This document shows, piece after piece, positions 9,871 to 19,720 of a DNA stretch of 64,000 nucleotides. Within the stretch, counting starts at the first letter, position 1. Each line of letters begins with the position of its first letter. The notes under the pieces were generated by a model. That model ran no database searches, was not told the DNA's origin, and was given only the letters and a program-made list of their open reading frames with translations. The translations under genes and the position numbers were made by a program. The stretch is from a virus (lineage: Duplodnaviria > Caudoviricetes), in IMG/VR virus record IMGVR_UViG_3300038673_000315, positions 5,412 through 69,411 of that record, one strand, 5' to 3'.

Positions 9871-12006
9871 TCACCGTGCCGTAAAAATTTTATCGCGTAG
9901 TTCGGAAATTGCTTTTTGAAGAGTTTCCGGTTCTTTGGATTTACTGCGTTTTGCAGTTTCAAGAGAAGATTTTATTTCTTCTGCGCTCTCAAATCCAACC
10001 TCACTACCCTCGACCTCTTTGTATTCAGATGTAATGTCTTCCTTTTTTCTATTTGTGGCGAAAGGCATAATAACTCCAAGAAGTTCTCCATTGCTGGAAA
10101 CAACGCGAACAGGCTTGTTTTTCATATCTCTTGAAAAAAGAAGTCTCACATCCTTATTTTTTCCTGTGAATATCGAAAGATAACTAATATCAAAAGCAAT
10201 AACATCACCGTCACTGCGAAGAAAATATGACAGAGTTTTCTTTTTGCCATCAACAACTCTCTGTGCCGTCATTACTGGTGCTGTAATCTCCTCGTAATTA
10301 TCATTTGATTCTTTCCTTATTTCTTCTACTGCCCTATATATATTGTTGTCACCATCATACGGTTCTGTTCGCTTCAATTTTTTAAGTGCTTTGTCAAATA
10401 ATTTTTCAGACATGTTTTTTTCAAAAACCAAAACCTTTCCGTCCGTATAAACACCAGCATCCTTCATTTGCGATGATAGAAGTGATGGTCTTAAACTGAG
10501 ATTGTTTGGAATTTTATATTTGCTGATTGAATTTACAAGTGAAAAGTATTGCTCTTTCTCGTCTTTTGCGTTATTTGCGTACCGCGTGTTGAATATTTTT
10601 TCACCCGATTCGTTTACATATTGCTTAACGAAGAAATTGCCTTTTTCCCCCTCTTTGCTTTTTGCAGATGATTTTTCATTCAACATGGTTTGACTTACAC
10701 TTCCCGCATCGGTGGCTTTTTTCTCTTTTTTCTTAATGTGATTTTCAATGTCAACTTGCAATGCCAGCGGAATGCTGTTTTTATCTTTATTCCCGGCTGC
10801 TGAGTATTTTTCAGACAAAACATCAAATAATTCATCGGCACTCATATTGTTGTTTTGTGCGTATTTACCGATTGCAAGCGCACCGATTCCGCCGGGAGTA
10901 TTCTTTATATCTTCAGCGATTTCAAGTAAAGACTTTAATTCAACATCTTTGCTTTCTCCACCCTGTGTGCCTGTTTTTTCTTTCGGCTTCTTTTGAGAAA
11001 ACACGTTCGCCGCAGCTTCCGTTATGCGATCAATGAGTTTTTCAAAGTGTTTGTTTTCAAAGGCATCCTGACTTTTCCAGTGAAATTTCCCGTCTTTCAC
11101 ATCGAAATGAAGTTTTGCTTCGCTGAACGCACCGATGATTTTATACGCCTTTGTATTCGATATGCCATCAAAAAAATCGCTGTCAATACTTGCGCTTGAA
11201 ATTGCACCCGTTTTATATCTGGTTACGGAAAAACCGGCAAAGTCTTCAAGAGCTTTCTCGTTAAAATAAACGCGATCTTTTCCGTATTGCTGCCACCTTT
11301 TTCCGCCAACGCCTGTCAGTGATTCAACTTTTTCCAAAATCGGCAAATCTTCAAAGCTGACAGATTTTACTTTTTCTCCGTTTTTCTTGTCGCTTTCACT
11401 TTCCGAAATTGTCTCGAAATTATCTTTACCACTTTCGGCATCATTTTTTTGCTCAACTTGTTCTGCTGCATCTTTCGCACCACCGTACAAAGCCGCGATT
11501 TTCTGCATGATTGACAGTTTGAATTTTGGATTAACCTTCGGTTTTTTCTCTTTAGTCGATTCCTTTTTTTCTTTCGGTTTCGCCTCGCCCTTTTCTTTCT
11601 TTTCGGCAAGTTTCGCACGCAACAAGGCATCCCACTTCGCTTTATTATTCAGGTATTCTGCAAGGTGATTTGCAAAATCAGAAAGCGACACATCGGCAAG
11701 AACGGTTTTGTTTTTCTCGTATTCCGCTTTGACCTTCTGCTCTGCCTCACTTTCGTTTTTCAAGCCGAAAAATGAAAGGATTCCGTCAATGATGGAGTTT
11801 TTCTTTTTTTCTTCTCCGGGGATTATCCCTTTTTCGTTATAATCCTTAACCTGTTGCTGGTTGTAAAAATACAACCACTTCCGCCCCGGCTTCGGGTTCG
11901 GATGTGGTATGCGCTTTATGTATTTATGATTTTTCCCGCCGCCTCCGGCTTTTCTCAGTAATTGCATTTTCAATTCTTCAGCGGCATTCTTAATTGATTC
12001 CGACAT
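9871..12006 (-). CDS. Large capsid-internal (ejected-type) protein
   Basis: 711 aa, Lys/Glu-rich. Shares its N-terminal domain and NFET motif with 11990-17383 and 23781-24628. LRKA at the N-terminus and LQKA at the C-terminus. Confidence 0.55.
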   Translation of the reverse strand: MSESIKNAAEELKMQLLRKAGGGGKNHKYIKRIPHPNPKPGRKWLYFYNQQQVKDYNEKGIIPGEEKKKNSIIDGILSFFGLKNESEAEQKVKAEYEKNKTVLADVSLSDFANHLAEYLNNKAKWDALLRAKLAEKKEKGEAKPKEKKESTKEKKPKVNPKFKLSIMQKIAALYGGAKDAAEQVEQKNDAESGKDNFETISESESDKKNGEKVKSVSFEDLPILEKVESLTGVGGKRWQQYGKDRVYFNEKALEDFAGFSVTRYKTGAISSASIDSDFFDGISNTKAYKIIGAFSEAKLHFDVKDGKFHWKSQDAFENKHFEKLIDRITEAAANVFSQKKPKEKTGTQGGESKDVELKSLLEIAEDIKNTPGGIGALAIGKYAQNNNMSADELFDVLSEKYSAAGNKDKNSIPLALQVDIENHIKKKEKKATDAGSVSQTMLNEKSSAKSKEGEKGNFFVKQYVNESGEKIFNTRYANNAKDEKEQYFSLVNSISKYKIPNNLSLRPSLLSSQMKDAGVYTDGKVLVFEKNMSEKLFDKALKKLKRTEPYDGDNNIYRAVEEIRKESNDNYEEITAPVMTAQRVVDGKKKTLSYFLRSDGDVIAFDISYLSIFTGKNKDVRLLFSRDMKNKPVRVVSSNGELLGVIMPFATNRKKEDITSEYKEVEGSEVGFESAEEIKSSLETAKRSKSKEPETLQKAISELRDKIFTAR

Positions 12007-15000
12007 ATTTCAATCCCACCTTTCCATTGATATAAATACGCTCAAAAACCATCTTCACGGCTTTCTGCATTTCCTTCAATACTTCTTCCATGGGTTTCAA
12101 GTTTCCGGCTATAATGTCAACCTGTTTCTTTGCGATAACGGACGGTGCTTCAGCTTTACCCTTTGAGCGTGACGCCTCGATCTGGATTCTTGCCTCTTCG
12201 ACATAACTGTCCTTGTTTTTGCGTATTTCTTCAATTTCAGCCCCTATTGCCTGCGCTTGCAGTCGGAGTTTTTTTGATTCTTCATCTACTGATTCAATGG
12301 TTATTCCACGCGCATTCAGTCGAGATGAAATATAATCGCGCATTTCTGCGTATGCTTTTACTTTCTTTTCGCCCTCGCGAATATCTTTTTTCTTTTCCGC
12401 AATTCGCCTTTGATAACTTTCAATCGCTCTTTTGGCCTGATTTTCATAATAACTGTAATCGTTATCTTTTTTTCGCTCTTTGAGTTCAGCTTCTTTTGTT
12501 TTGCGATACTCTTCGTATTCTTTTTGCATGTCTTCAAGTGATTCCCGGTAGTCCGGGAGATTGTTTTCAATGCGCTTTTGTTCTCTTTCGTATTGCTGAT
12601 AGTCTGATTCATACTTTGTCAAGGTGTCGGCCTCAACAATCAAATCATTCATTTTCCCGGATATTTCTTCAATCTTTAAGTCCATGACAAACTTTGCCCG
12701 TGTTTCGGGGTCTTTTATCAGGTCAAATTTCAGGTCTTCCGGGTTAATTTCACCGACATCAACAGTGTTTCCCTTGTACGACCAAAGGGCATTGATACGG
12801 TTTCCTTTCTCATCGTGCTTCTGATACATTGCCGCATCCACGGAGTCAATAAGCTGCGGGTACACAATGTGAACCTGCCCCTGCTTATTGCCTTGCCGCC
12901 AAGCCCGGCCTTCCACCTGCACGGTTTCAGTCGGATTCCAGCCAAGCAGAAGATTGTAAATTGCAGCAGTGTTACCGTTAAGATTGACGCCCTCTTTGAT
13001 TGTTTCGCTGCCGATAATAACTTTTATCTTGCCGTTTTCATTGTTAAAATCTTCCATGATCTTGTCTTTTTTGTTTTCGTCAGTGTCACTATCTATTACC
13101 GCGATTGCATTTTTGGGGATTCCCTTTTTGACAAGATTATCTATAACCTTATCAAATTGCTTAACGCCTCGCGGCATATAGATTATCTGGCCAACATCCG
13201 GACGTTTTTCATAAAGACCTGCAACAGAGTTTGTTGTAAATTTCAACTTCGGAGAGTCTTCAACAAAATCACTGCCTTTCAATAGAGACTTTGCCATGAT
13301 ACCCTCTGGCGTATCATTATAAAAACCGTCATCCATTTTAACCAGATAGGGGGATATTGTCGCCATACGCATGTTGTTTATTGCGACAAGAGCCGCCCCC
13401 GGTGTTGTCTCGCTGGTTTTCTCAAATCTTTTTCGTTCGACCTCATAAATTGCCTTTTGCACATCTGACATTTCCACCTGTGCAATGTGTGTATTCTTTT
13501 TCGGCCTGACAATGCCAGCTTCTTCTCCGTCAACGCGATCCATATATTCGCGGATAAGATTCTGTAAGGCCGTGAGATTGCAAAATTCTTTCATTACATT
13601 TTTTTGAACGATATTATTTTTGCTGTCAACGCCCCATTCTGTGCGAACCTTTGCGAATTGTGCCATAAATTCATGCAGGTTATATATCCCCAATTCCTTC
13701 AGTCGATTCCGTGCAAACAGGGAAAGTATATTGTAAATTTCAATCGGGCTGTTCGTGAACGGTGTTGCGGATAGTCCAAACATATTTCGGCCATTGTTTT
13801 CCCTTTGAACCATCTGGGCAATCGCAAACATTTTCAACCCACGGGCTGATTGTCCGCAGGTCATCCCTGAAAACTCATTCGCGGTCCTTTTCTCAACCTC
13901 CATTCTTTTTTTGCTGTCCCATCCTCTTCTTTTTCGCGGTTGCGCGTTAGTGAAAATATTTTTGAAATTATGAAGTTCGTCAATGGTCACATGGTCAAAC
14001 TTCAAATCTTCCCAATAATGAGACTGTCCTTCTTTTACCCTTGCACCGAGTCCAACAAGTTCAGCTATCTTATCTCTCTTCGCCTCTCTTTCTTTGTCGG
14101 TATCGCTATCATCCTCGTTTTCCTGTGATTCATACATATCGTCAAGTAGGCCACCCCTCATGGTTTCAGGCTTGAATGTTATGGAAGATAAAGCCTGATA
14201 GGTGATAATGGTAAGTGATCCCTCTTCGGCAACAAATCCAGTATTCACCTTCGACATATTGCCAAGATAATTTATTTTTACGTTCGGGAATAAGTCAGAA
14301 ACTTCCTTTAGCCAGTTTTTGCTAACCGCTTTCGGTACACAAATTACAGGTCTTTTCGCACGGCCTGATTGTATCTGGTTGACTGTTGCCAAAATTGCAG
14401 ACATTGTTTTGCCAAGACCAACATCGTGAACCAGAACGCCGTTTCCCTTGTTCGCTAAAAATGAAATGCCACTCACCTGTTTTTCTTTTATTGTCAGTTT
14501 TTCGCCCTTAAAAGTTTTAGATATACCATCAAGCAAGAGCGGGATTTTGGCATAATCAGGCTTCGCGTACCCGTTAAATCGCCTGTTATATTCACCTTCA
14601 AGCGTTTCGGTCTCTTCTTTGCTTAAACCAGTTTCGAGAAAACGCTTAAATATTTTCTCCGCCCCCGTGCGCCGACCTTCTGCAAGTTTCAACGCCCGCA
14701 TCTTTCTTTCGTCTTTTGTTTCTGCTGATCCTTTTTCCGTTACAACCGGTACTTGTTCAATGTAGTCAACAATATCCTCCCAAGTGCAGCCAGTTGGAAT
14801 GTCCGCCTTAGATACTCCCTCATTCCAGTTTACTTGCCGTTTTCTATTGCGCCCGTAATATTCACCAACTGCCCAGATGAAAAACTTGTCAATGAGCGTC
14901 TGGTTTTCGCCTTCTCCGTCTTCGCCCACACGCGAAACAAGATAATTTTGCGCAAATTCTGAAATTGGAGATATTGAAAAATCCTTTACCGTCAACTTTT

Positions 15001-17383
15001 GCGGCATTGCTTTTTCAAGAATTTCTTTTTGTTGGCTGTATCTTTCCGCTGATATTTTGCCACTGCGCAAATCATCTTCAAGAATTTCCATTTTTTTGTT
15101 AATATCACCTGACGCATAATTGACGATATGCATGTATCGACCATCTATACGGCACACACTTTCGCTTGTTTCCAGAAATCGACGGTCTGCATCGGTAAGT
15201 TTTTCTGTCTCAACATACCCAAGATAATCCGTTTTTTTCCAGATAGAAATTTCTTCTTTTGAATAACTTTTATTGTATTTTTCGTTGAAAGATTCGACGG
15301 TTTCAGTTTCGCGCTTTTCCCCTGTAATCGGTTCAGGGAAAGAGTCATTTTTTTTCGATACAATAACACCGGCTTTTGTTTTTTTGATAACCGGCTGTAC
15401 TTCTTTTTTTATCTGTGTAGCTTTTTTAATTCCGTTCGCTTTCGCCTCTTCAACTTCTCTTTTGGTAAAAAGACTTGTGAGTATTCTCCCTCCAATACCC
15501 TCTTCTTTAACCTCAAAAGATTTTCCAATCTTCTTTGATATTGTAATTTGCTTTTCTTTTCCGCCAACGACAATATTGTAAGTTTCCCCAACCTGCATCT
15601 CTTCGCTTTCGGGCATGGTTTCAAAATTATTCTCTGATTCACTTTCCGGCATGGTGTCGAAATTATTTTCACTTTTCCCGGTAATGACAATATCGACCTT
15701 TTCTTCAATCTGCTTTTTGAATGCAGTTGTATCCGCTTCAACGGTGTCAATCCTGTCGATCACAGAGTCAAAGGTCTGCCCCTCATCAAGAGCAACATAT
15801 TTTTCCTCTCCAAAACGCCCAATCCTGGTTGTCTCTGTGCCAAGTATCTTTTCTGGGTTTTTCGTGAAAAATCCATCAGACAAATAATCTTGAATGTCGC
15901 CCTTGCCTTTTTGGATAACGATAATGTCAGTCCCAACGCCAGTTGTTGAAAATGTTCCATTCGGCAACCTGTACGCATCAAGAAGTTTCCCTTTTGCTGC
16001 GATTTTTTCTTTTATCTTCTCATTGCTCTTGTTTCTCAAAAATCCTGACGGCACAATGAAGGCAAGGATTCCGCCATCTTTCAAGGTATCAAGGCTGCGA
16101 TCAATAAAATATTCATCGATACGCTTGTGCCCCTTTCCCTCCCCTAAGCCCGCCTCTATGCCGGAATATTGACCATACGGTGGATTGCCGATAACCACAT
16201 CATACTTTTCTCCGGTGTAATTTTTTACCGAGCTATTCCCGGACATAAAAAGACGCTGGAAAGGTTTTGTTTCCAGTTTTGCATCAGGATAGAGTATTTG
16301 ATTTATCCGGGATGAAGTCGGCTCAATTTCAAACATGGTGAAATTGTGATTCTTGTTTTCGGCAAAGCGTCCTGTCCCGGCTGCTGGTTCGAGAACCTTC
16401 AAGCCTTCTTTTTGGCCGGTGTACTTATCGACCAGTTCCCACATTTTTGAAATAACGGCTTTTGGGGTGTAAAACTCAAAAAGGACACCGCTGGTACTGC
16501 GATCTTTTTCACCTGTACCGCCAGCACCTTCGTATTGGCGCAAAAGTTCCTTATCCGCTTCGGTCATTTCTTCATTGCTTTTTGCTGCAAGCAATTCCAT
16601 GACCTGATTGCGTATTTCTTTAACTTTCGAGACGGTTAACCGAACATCTCTTCCAAGTCGCTCTCCAGAACCGCCGCCTGTGACATCATTGATTCCTTTG
16701 TTAATGGCAGGTTCGCCTTCACGCACATCCGAGCCAAGACCTGCTTCAGTTCTTCCACTGTGTACCTGCTGATTATCTGCGGAAAGATTGACCGATCCAG
16801 AACCAACTGCATCCGTTCTATTTCCTTCGATTGTTCCATCTGGCTTTACCCTATCCTTATTATAGTAGTTAAATATAAAATACATTAATTTTGCATTAAG
16901 TCCAGTTTTATCTGACTTTTTTTCTATTTTTTGGGAAATTTTTTGCTCTTTTATGCTTTCGGTTTTCGCTCCGGTATTCTTGACCTTCTGCTGCTGCTGT
17001 AATTTTTTAAGAAAAAATTCGTCCCACTTCTCTTTTTGCATGAAGTATGCGGCAACGTGTCGCGCCCATTCCTGAGCCGTTACGCTGAATTTTTCAGAAA
17101 TTCCCTGCGTATTGTAGTCGTCTGCGATTTTCGCCTGAACCGCTTCCTGACTTTTAAGACCAAAAAAAGACATTATCCGGTCGAGCATGTCTTTCAATGT
17201 ACTATCTTCTTTTTTCTTGTTTTCATTCGGCAATACGCCAAACTTCTTGTACGCCTCAATTTGTTTTTGCGTGTAGAAATAAATATACCCCTTCCCTTTG
17301 GGGTTCGGGATTCTCCACAGGTATTTATGTGCTACTGCTTTTTTGAGTTCTTCAATGGCCATAATCTTGTCATTGTTATTCAT
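11990..17383 (-). CDS. DarB-like N6-adenine methyltransferase / SNF2-family helicase, probably capsid-internal
   Basis: About 1800 aa (track start 17404; the ATG at 17383 has a GGAG SD). MTase motif I LEPAAGTG and motif IV GNPPYG. Helicase motifs HDVGLGKT, DELH, SAT, EGVNL, QVEGRAWRQGN. Confidence 0.88.
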   Translation of the reverse strand: MNNNDKIMAIEELKKAVAHKYLWRIPNPKGKGYIYFYTQKQIEAYKKFGVLPNENKKKEDSTLKDMLDRIMSFFGLKSQEAVQAKIADDYNTQGISEKFSVTAQEWARHVAAYFMQKEKWDEFFLKKLQQQQKVKNTGAKTESIKEQKISQKIEKKSDKTGLNAKLMYFIFNYYNKDRVKPDGTIEGNRTDAVGSGSVNLSADNQQVHSGRTEAGLGSDVREGEPAINKGINDVTGGGSGERLGRDVRLTVSKVKEIRNQVMELLAAKSNEEMTEADKELLRQYEGAGGTGEKDRSTSGVLFEFYTPKAVISKMWELVDKYTGQKEGLKVLEPAAGTGRFAENKNHNFTMFEIEPTSSRINQILYPDAKLETKPFQRLFMSGNSSVKNYTGEKYDVVIGNPPYGQYSGIEAGLGEGKGHKRIDEYFIDRSLDTLKDGGILAFIVPSGFLRNKSNEKIKEKIAAKGKLLDAYRLPNGTFSTTGVGTDIIVIQKGKGDIQDYLSDGFFTKNPEKILGTETTRIGRFGEEKYVALDEGQTFDSVIDRIDTVEADTTAFKKQIEEKVDIVITGKSENNFDTMPESESENNFETMPESEEMQVGETYNIVVGGKEKQITISKKIGKSFEVKEEGIGGRILTSLFTKREVEEAKANGIKKATQIKKEVQPVIKKTKAGVIVSKKNDSFPEPITGEKRETETVESFNEKYNKSYSKEEISIWKKTDYLGYVETEKLTDADRRFLETSESVCRIDGRYMHIVNYASGDINKKMEILEDDLRSGKISAERYSQQKEILEKAMPQKLTVKDFSISPISEFAQNYLVSRVGEDGEGENQTLIDKFFIWAVGEYYGRNRKRQVNWNEGVSKADIPTGCTWEDIVDYIEQVPVVTEKGSAETKDERKMRALKLAEGRRTGAEKIFKRFLETGLSKEETETLEGEYNRRFNGYAKPDYAKIPLLLDGISKTFKGEKLTIKEKQVSGISFLANKGNGVLVHDVGLGKTMSAILATVNQIQSGRAKRPVICVPKAVSKNWLKEVSDLFPNVKINYLGNMSKVNTGFVAEEGSLTIITYQALSSITFKPETMRGGLLDDMYESQENEDDSDTDKEREAKRDKIAELVGLGARVKEGQSHYWEDLKFDHVTIDELHNFKNIFTNAQPRKRRGWDSKKRMEVEKRTANEFSGMTCGQSARGLKMFAIAQMVQRENNGRNMFGLSATPFTNSPIEIYNILSLFARNRLKELGIYNLHEFMAQFAKVRTEWGVDSKNNIVQKNVMKEFCNLTALQNLIREYMDRVDGEEAGIVRPKKNTHIAQVEMSDVQKAIYEVERKRFEKTSETTPGAALVAINNMRMATISPYLVKMDDGFYNDTPEGIMAKSLLKGSDFVEDSPKLKFTTNSVAGLYEKRPDVGQIIYMPRGVKQFDKVIDNLVKKGIPKNAIAVIDSDTDENKKDKIMEDFNNENGKIKVIIGSETIKEGVNLNGNTAAIYNLLLGWNPTETVQVEGRAWRQGNKQGQVHIVYPQLIDSVDAAMYQKHDEKGNRINALWSYKGNTVDVGEINPEDLKFDLIKDPETRAKFVMDLKIEEISGKMNDLIVEADTLTKYESDYQQYEREQKRIENNLPDYRESLEDMQKEYEEYRKTKEAELKERKKDNDYSYYENQAKRAIESYQRRIAEKKKDIREGEKKVKAYAEMRDYISSRLNARGITIESVDEESKKLRLQAQAIGAEIEEIRKNKDSYVEEARIQIEASRSKGKAEAPSVIAKKQVDIIAGNLKPMEEVLKEMQKAVKMVFERIYINGKVGLKYVGIN

Positions 17384-17756
17384 TGACGCGCACTCCAAAT
17401 TCATTGATTTTCTTCAGGCTTTCATCGAGTTCCGCTAAAACATCGGCAGAAACGCCCGCCCGCAGGTATTGGTCTTTGACCGCTTCAAGGTGTTGCCTGA
17501 TCTGGCTCTTTTGACTATCTATCATCTGGGCAGACAGATTTTCAACGTCTTTTTTGCTTAACGCATAACTTTCCTTGTTTTCTCGCGACAATCTGACAAT
17601 GGTGTGAACCATTTCGCCGTAACTTATTTCCTTGCCGTCAAGAATATACTTTGTCGGGATTCCATCATGGAATTTCCCGCTCTGCATTTCTGCAAGGTTT
17701 TCGGCAGTCTCAATAACAAGACTGCGCTCACCTATTTTGATTTTTTGTGTTATCAC
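17376..17756 (-). CDS. Hypothetical protein
   Basis: Probable GTG start overlapping the upstream TGA at 17753 (track start 17810). Confidence 0.5.
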   Translation of the reverse strand: MITQKIKIGERSLVIETAENLAEMQSGKFHDGIPTKYILDGKEISYGEMVHTIVRLSRENKESYALSKKDVENLSAQMIDSQKSQIRQHLEAVKDQYLRAGVSADVLAELDESLKKINEFGVRVNE

Positions 17757-18688
17757 GAAAGCGATCCTATGTTTGTACGGCTGTATGAAGAACGATTTAC
17801 GGCAAACCATTCTCTGATTTCTTTTTGATACTGAATGATACGCGCTCCAAAAGTCGCGCTTGTCGCTGACAGGGTTGTATTTATTGATTCGGAAACTGAG
17901 TTTAGGTTGACCGAACGTGACGCTACGGCTGCCAGCTTTCCGTCACCGTAAATATTCATCAGTGTACACGCTGCAATTTTTTTTACGATATTGCGAATAT
18001 CGTCCGGCACATCTGCGCAATTTTCATACCCTGTCTCATAGTCGATTTTGAACACATCGGGAATGTTTTTGAAATATTGATTGAAAATACGGGGCTGCCA
18101 CAAATATGAATAGCGAAACGATCCACCGCCTATCATTTTCGGTCTAAAGTGCAATGTTGAAGAAAGTCCCTTCTTCTCAACCCTATATGGATAAAGGTTA
18201 ATGATTTCACGACCATAATAATCATCGACAAGAACGGCAGACAGTACACGCCTGAGCGGTCGTCTGCGCAATCGGATAAAGAGTGAATGTTTTGCTGGAA
18301 TAAGTTTATACGCATAGCCATTCTCCCTTTTGTAGAGTAGTGCCTTTTGCTTCGGATTCATTGACGCCAAATATTCAACGTCTTCCGGAATATTACGCTC
18401 AATTTCATTGCCTGCGCCGTCCAGAAGATTATAATACCTCACACGCCGGGGCAAAATGTCAATGTGCAATTCCTGTTCCATGTAGCCGATTGCAAGTCTG
18501 ATATAATCAAGTAATTGCTCATCTGTTATGCTTTGGCTGTCAGCCTCCGCAATGAGCTGGTTTCCGAAAAGTTCATCATACCGCAATTCATCGGCAGTAA
18601 CCAAAAGCCCCCAAGAGGGGGCAAAGTAGTCTGCATCCAAATCGGGGTTGTTAAAAGAAAATCCAGTTCTGCTTTCGCAATTCGCCAT
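17753..18688 (-). CDS. Head-tail adaptor / neck protein
   Basis: 311 aa; IDYETGY...DVPDDIRNIVKKIAA and SVNLNSVSESINTT motifs typical of adaptor proteins; follows the capsid cluster. Confidence 0.62.
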   Translation of the reverse strand: MANCESRTGFSFNNPDLDADYFAPSWGLLVTADELRYDELFGNQLIAEADSQSITDEQLLDYIRLAIGYMEQELHIDILPRRVRYYNLLDGAGNEIERNIPEDVEYLASMNPKQKALLYKRENGYAYKLIPAKHSLFIRLRRRPLRRVLSAVLVDDYYGREIINLYPYRVEKKGLSSTLHFRPKMIGGGSFRYSYLWQPRIFNQYFKNIPDVFKIDYETGYENCADVPDDIRNIVKKIAACTLMNIYGDGKLAAVASRSVNLNSVSESINTTLSATSATFGARIIQYQKEIREWFAVNRSSYSRTNIGSLS

Positions 18689-18714
18689 GTCCTTTTTCCC
18701 CTTTTATCTGGAAT

Positions 18715-19146
18715 TTACACGATGTAGAGAATATGGACAATTCCCCTGTCTGCCGCCTGTCCGGCGAAAACAGAAACACCATCTTCGCCGACAACGAGTT
18801 TTGTGTCGTCAACACCTGCTGCCATCCGGGCAACTGCGCCGTCAGCAGCCATTGCCATAGCGGTTGCAATGGTATCACTGCCGTTTTTCAGCGTAACCGT
18901 TCCACCTGAGCTGGTGGCTGTTGCCACAACAAAGGCATCAATGATTGTTGCGCCAACGGGAATATCGGTTTCAACACCGGCAGTTCCGTCTGCGGTAATT
19001 GGGGTGATCGACACATTGACAGGTTTGGGTGTCGCGGCAACAGTCGCCTTTACATCGGAAATTACTTCCGGTGTCAAGTTTTCCTGAAGATACTGCATTG
19101 CCTGAAGATTCGGTGAACCTTTTGAAGCATCAAATGCGCTTTCCAT
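18715..19146 (-). CDS. Head decoration protein (putative)
   Basis: 143 aa, Ala/Thr/Val-rich beta protein downstream of the major capsid gene. Confidence 0.5.
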   Translation of the reverse strand: MESAFDASKGSPNLQAMQYLQENLTPEVISDVKATVAATPKPVNVSITPITADGTAGVETDIPVGATIIDAFVVATATSSGGTVTLKNGSDTIATAMAMAADGAVARMAAGVDDTKLVVGEDGVSVFAGQAADRGIVHILYIV

Positions 19147-19424
19147 TATTCTGTTTCCTCCGTTAGAAATTTTTCAATCAAGGGTAAAGAGCGAATATCA
19201 ATCGCACCCTGTTTATTCCGAATGTCAATGACCGAAAGAATAAGAGATAATTCTTTTTCAGAAAAAGAAAGCCATCCGTCTAAAGCGGGCGCGATTCTTT
19301 CTTCTGCTACTTTATCGAGAATTTCTTTTGTCGTTCTCATGTCCTCAAGCGTACCATTGCCAAACAAAAGCAAACCGAACAAGTCAAACTCTTCCCGTTC
19401 AATCTTTATTTTTCGATCATCCAT
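19146..19424 (-). CDS. Hypothetical protein
   Basis: 92 aa ORF coupled within the late operon. Confidence 0.5.
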   Translation of the reverse strand: MDDRKIKIEREEFDLFGLLLFGNGTLEDMRTTKEILDKVAEERIAPALDGWLSFSEKELSLILSVIDIRNKQGAIDIRSLPLIEKFLTEETE

Positions 19425-19714
19425 TACAGCACACCTTCGATTTTATAGCCCTTCGCCATCTTAATAGCACCTGAAAACTTGATTCCGTTATTGCAGCGTA
19501 ACGGTGAATGATCCTGCGAGAAGGATTGCATTACTGCAATGGTTTCCCCCTTTCCATCAGAAACGGTCACTTCTGCTGCGGCATCAAGATATTCAAGCAT
19601 AAAAACACCATCATCAAGAACCAATTCTTCCGTCCCGGTTAAAATTATTTGGTTATTGATAACCTCTTGCCCGGATGGACGGGCAAGAGTTCTGAAATTT
19701 GTGCTGTTATACAT
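19424..19714 (-). CDS. Small virion protein (putative)
   Basis: 96 aa, immediately downstream of the capsid gene. Confidence 0.5.
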   Translation of the reverse strand: MYNSTNFRTLARPSGQEVINNQIILTGTEELVLDDGVFMLEYLDAAAEVTVSDGKGETIAVMQSFSQDHSPLRCNNGIKFSGAIKMAKGYKIEGVL

Positions 19715-19720
19715 TATGGT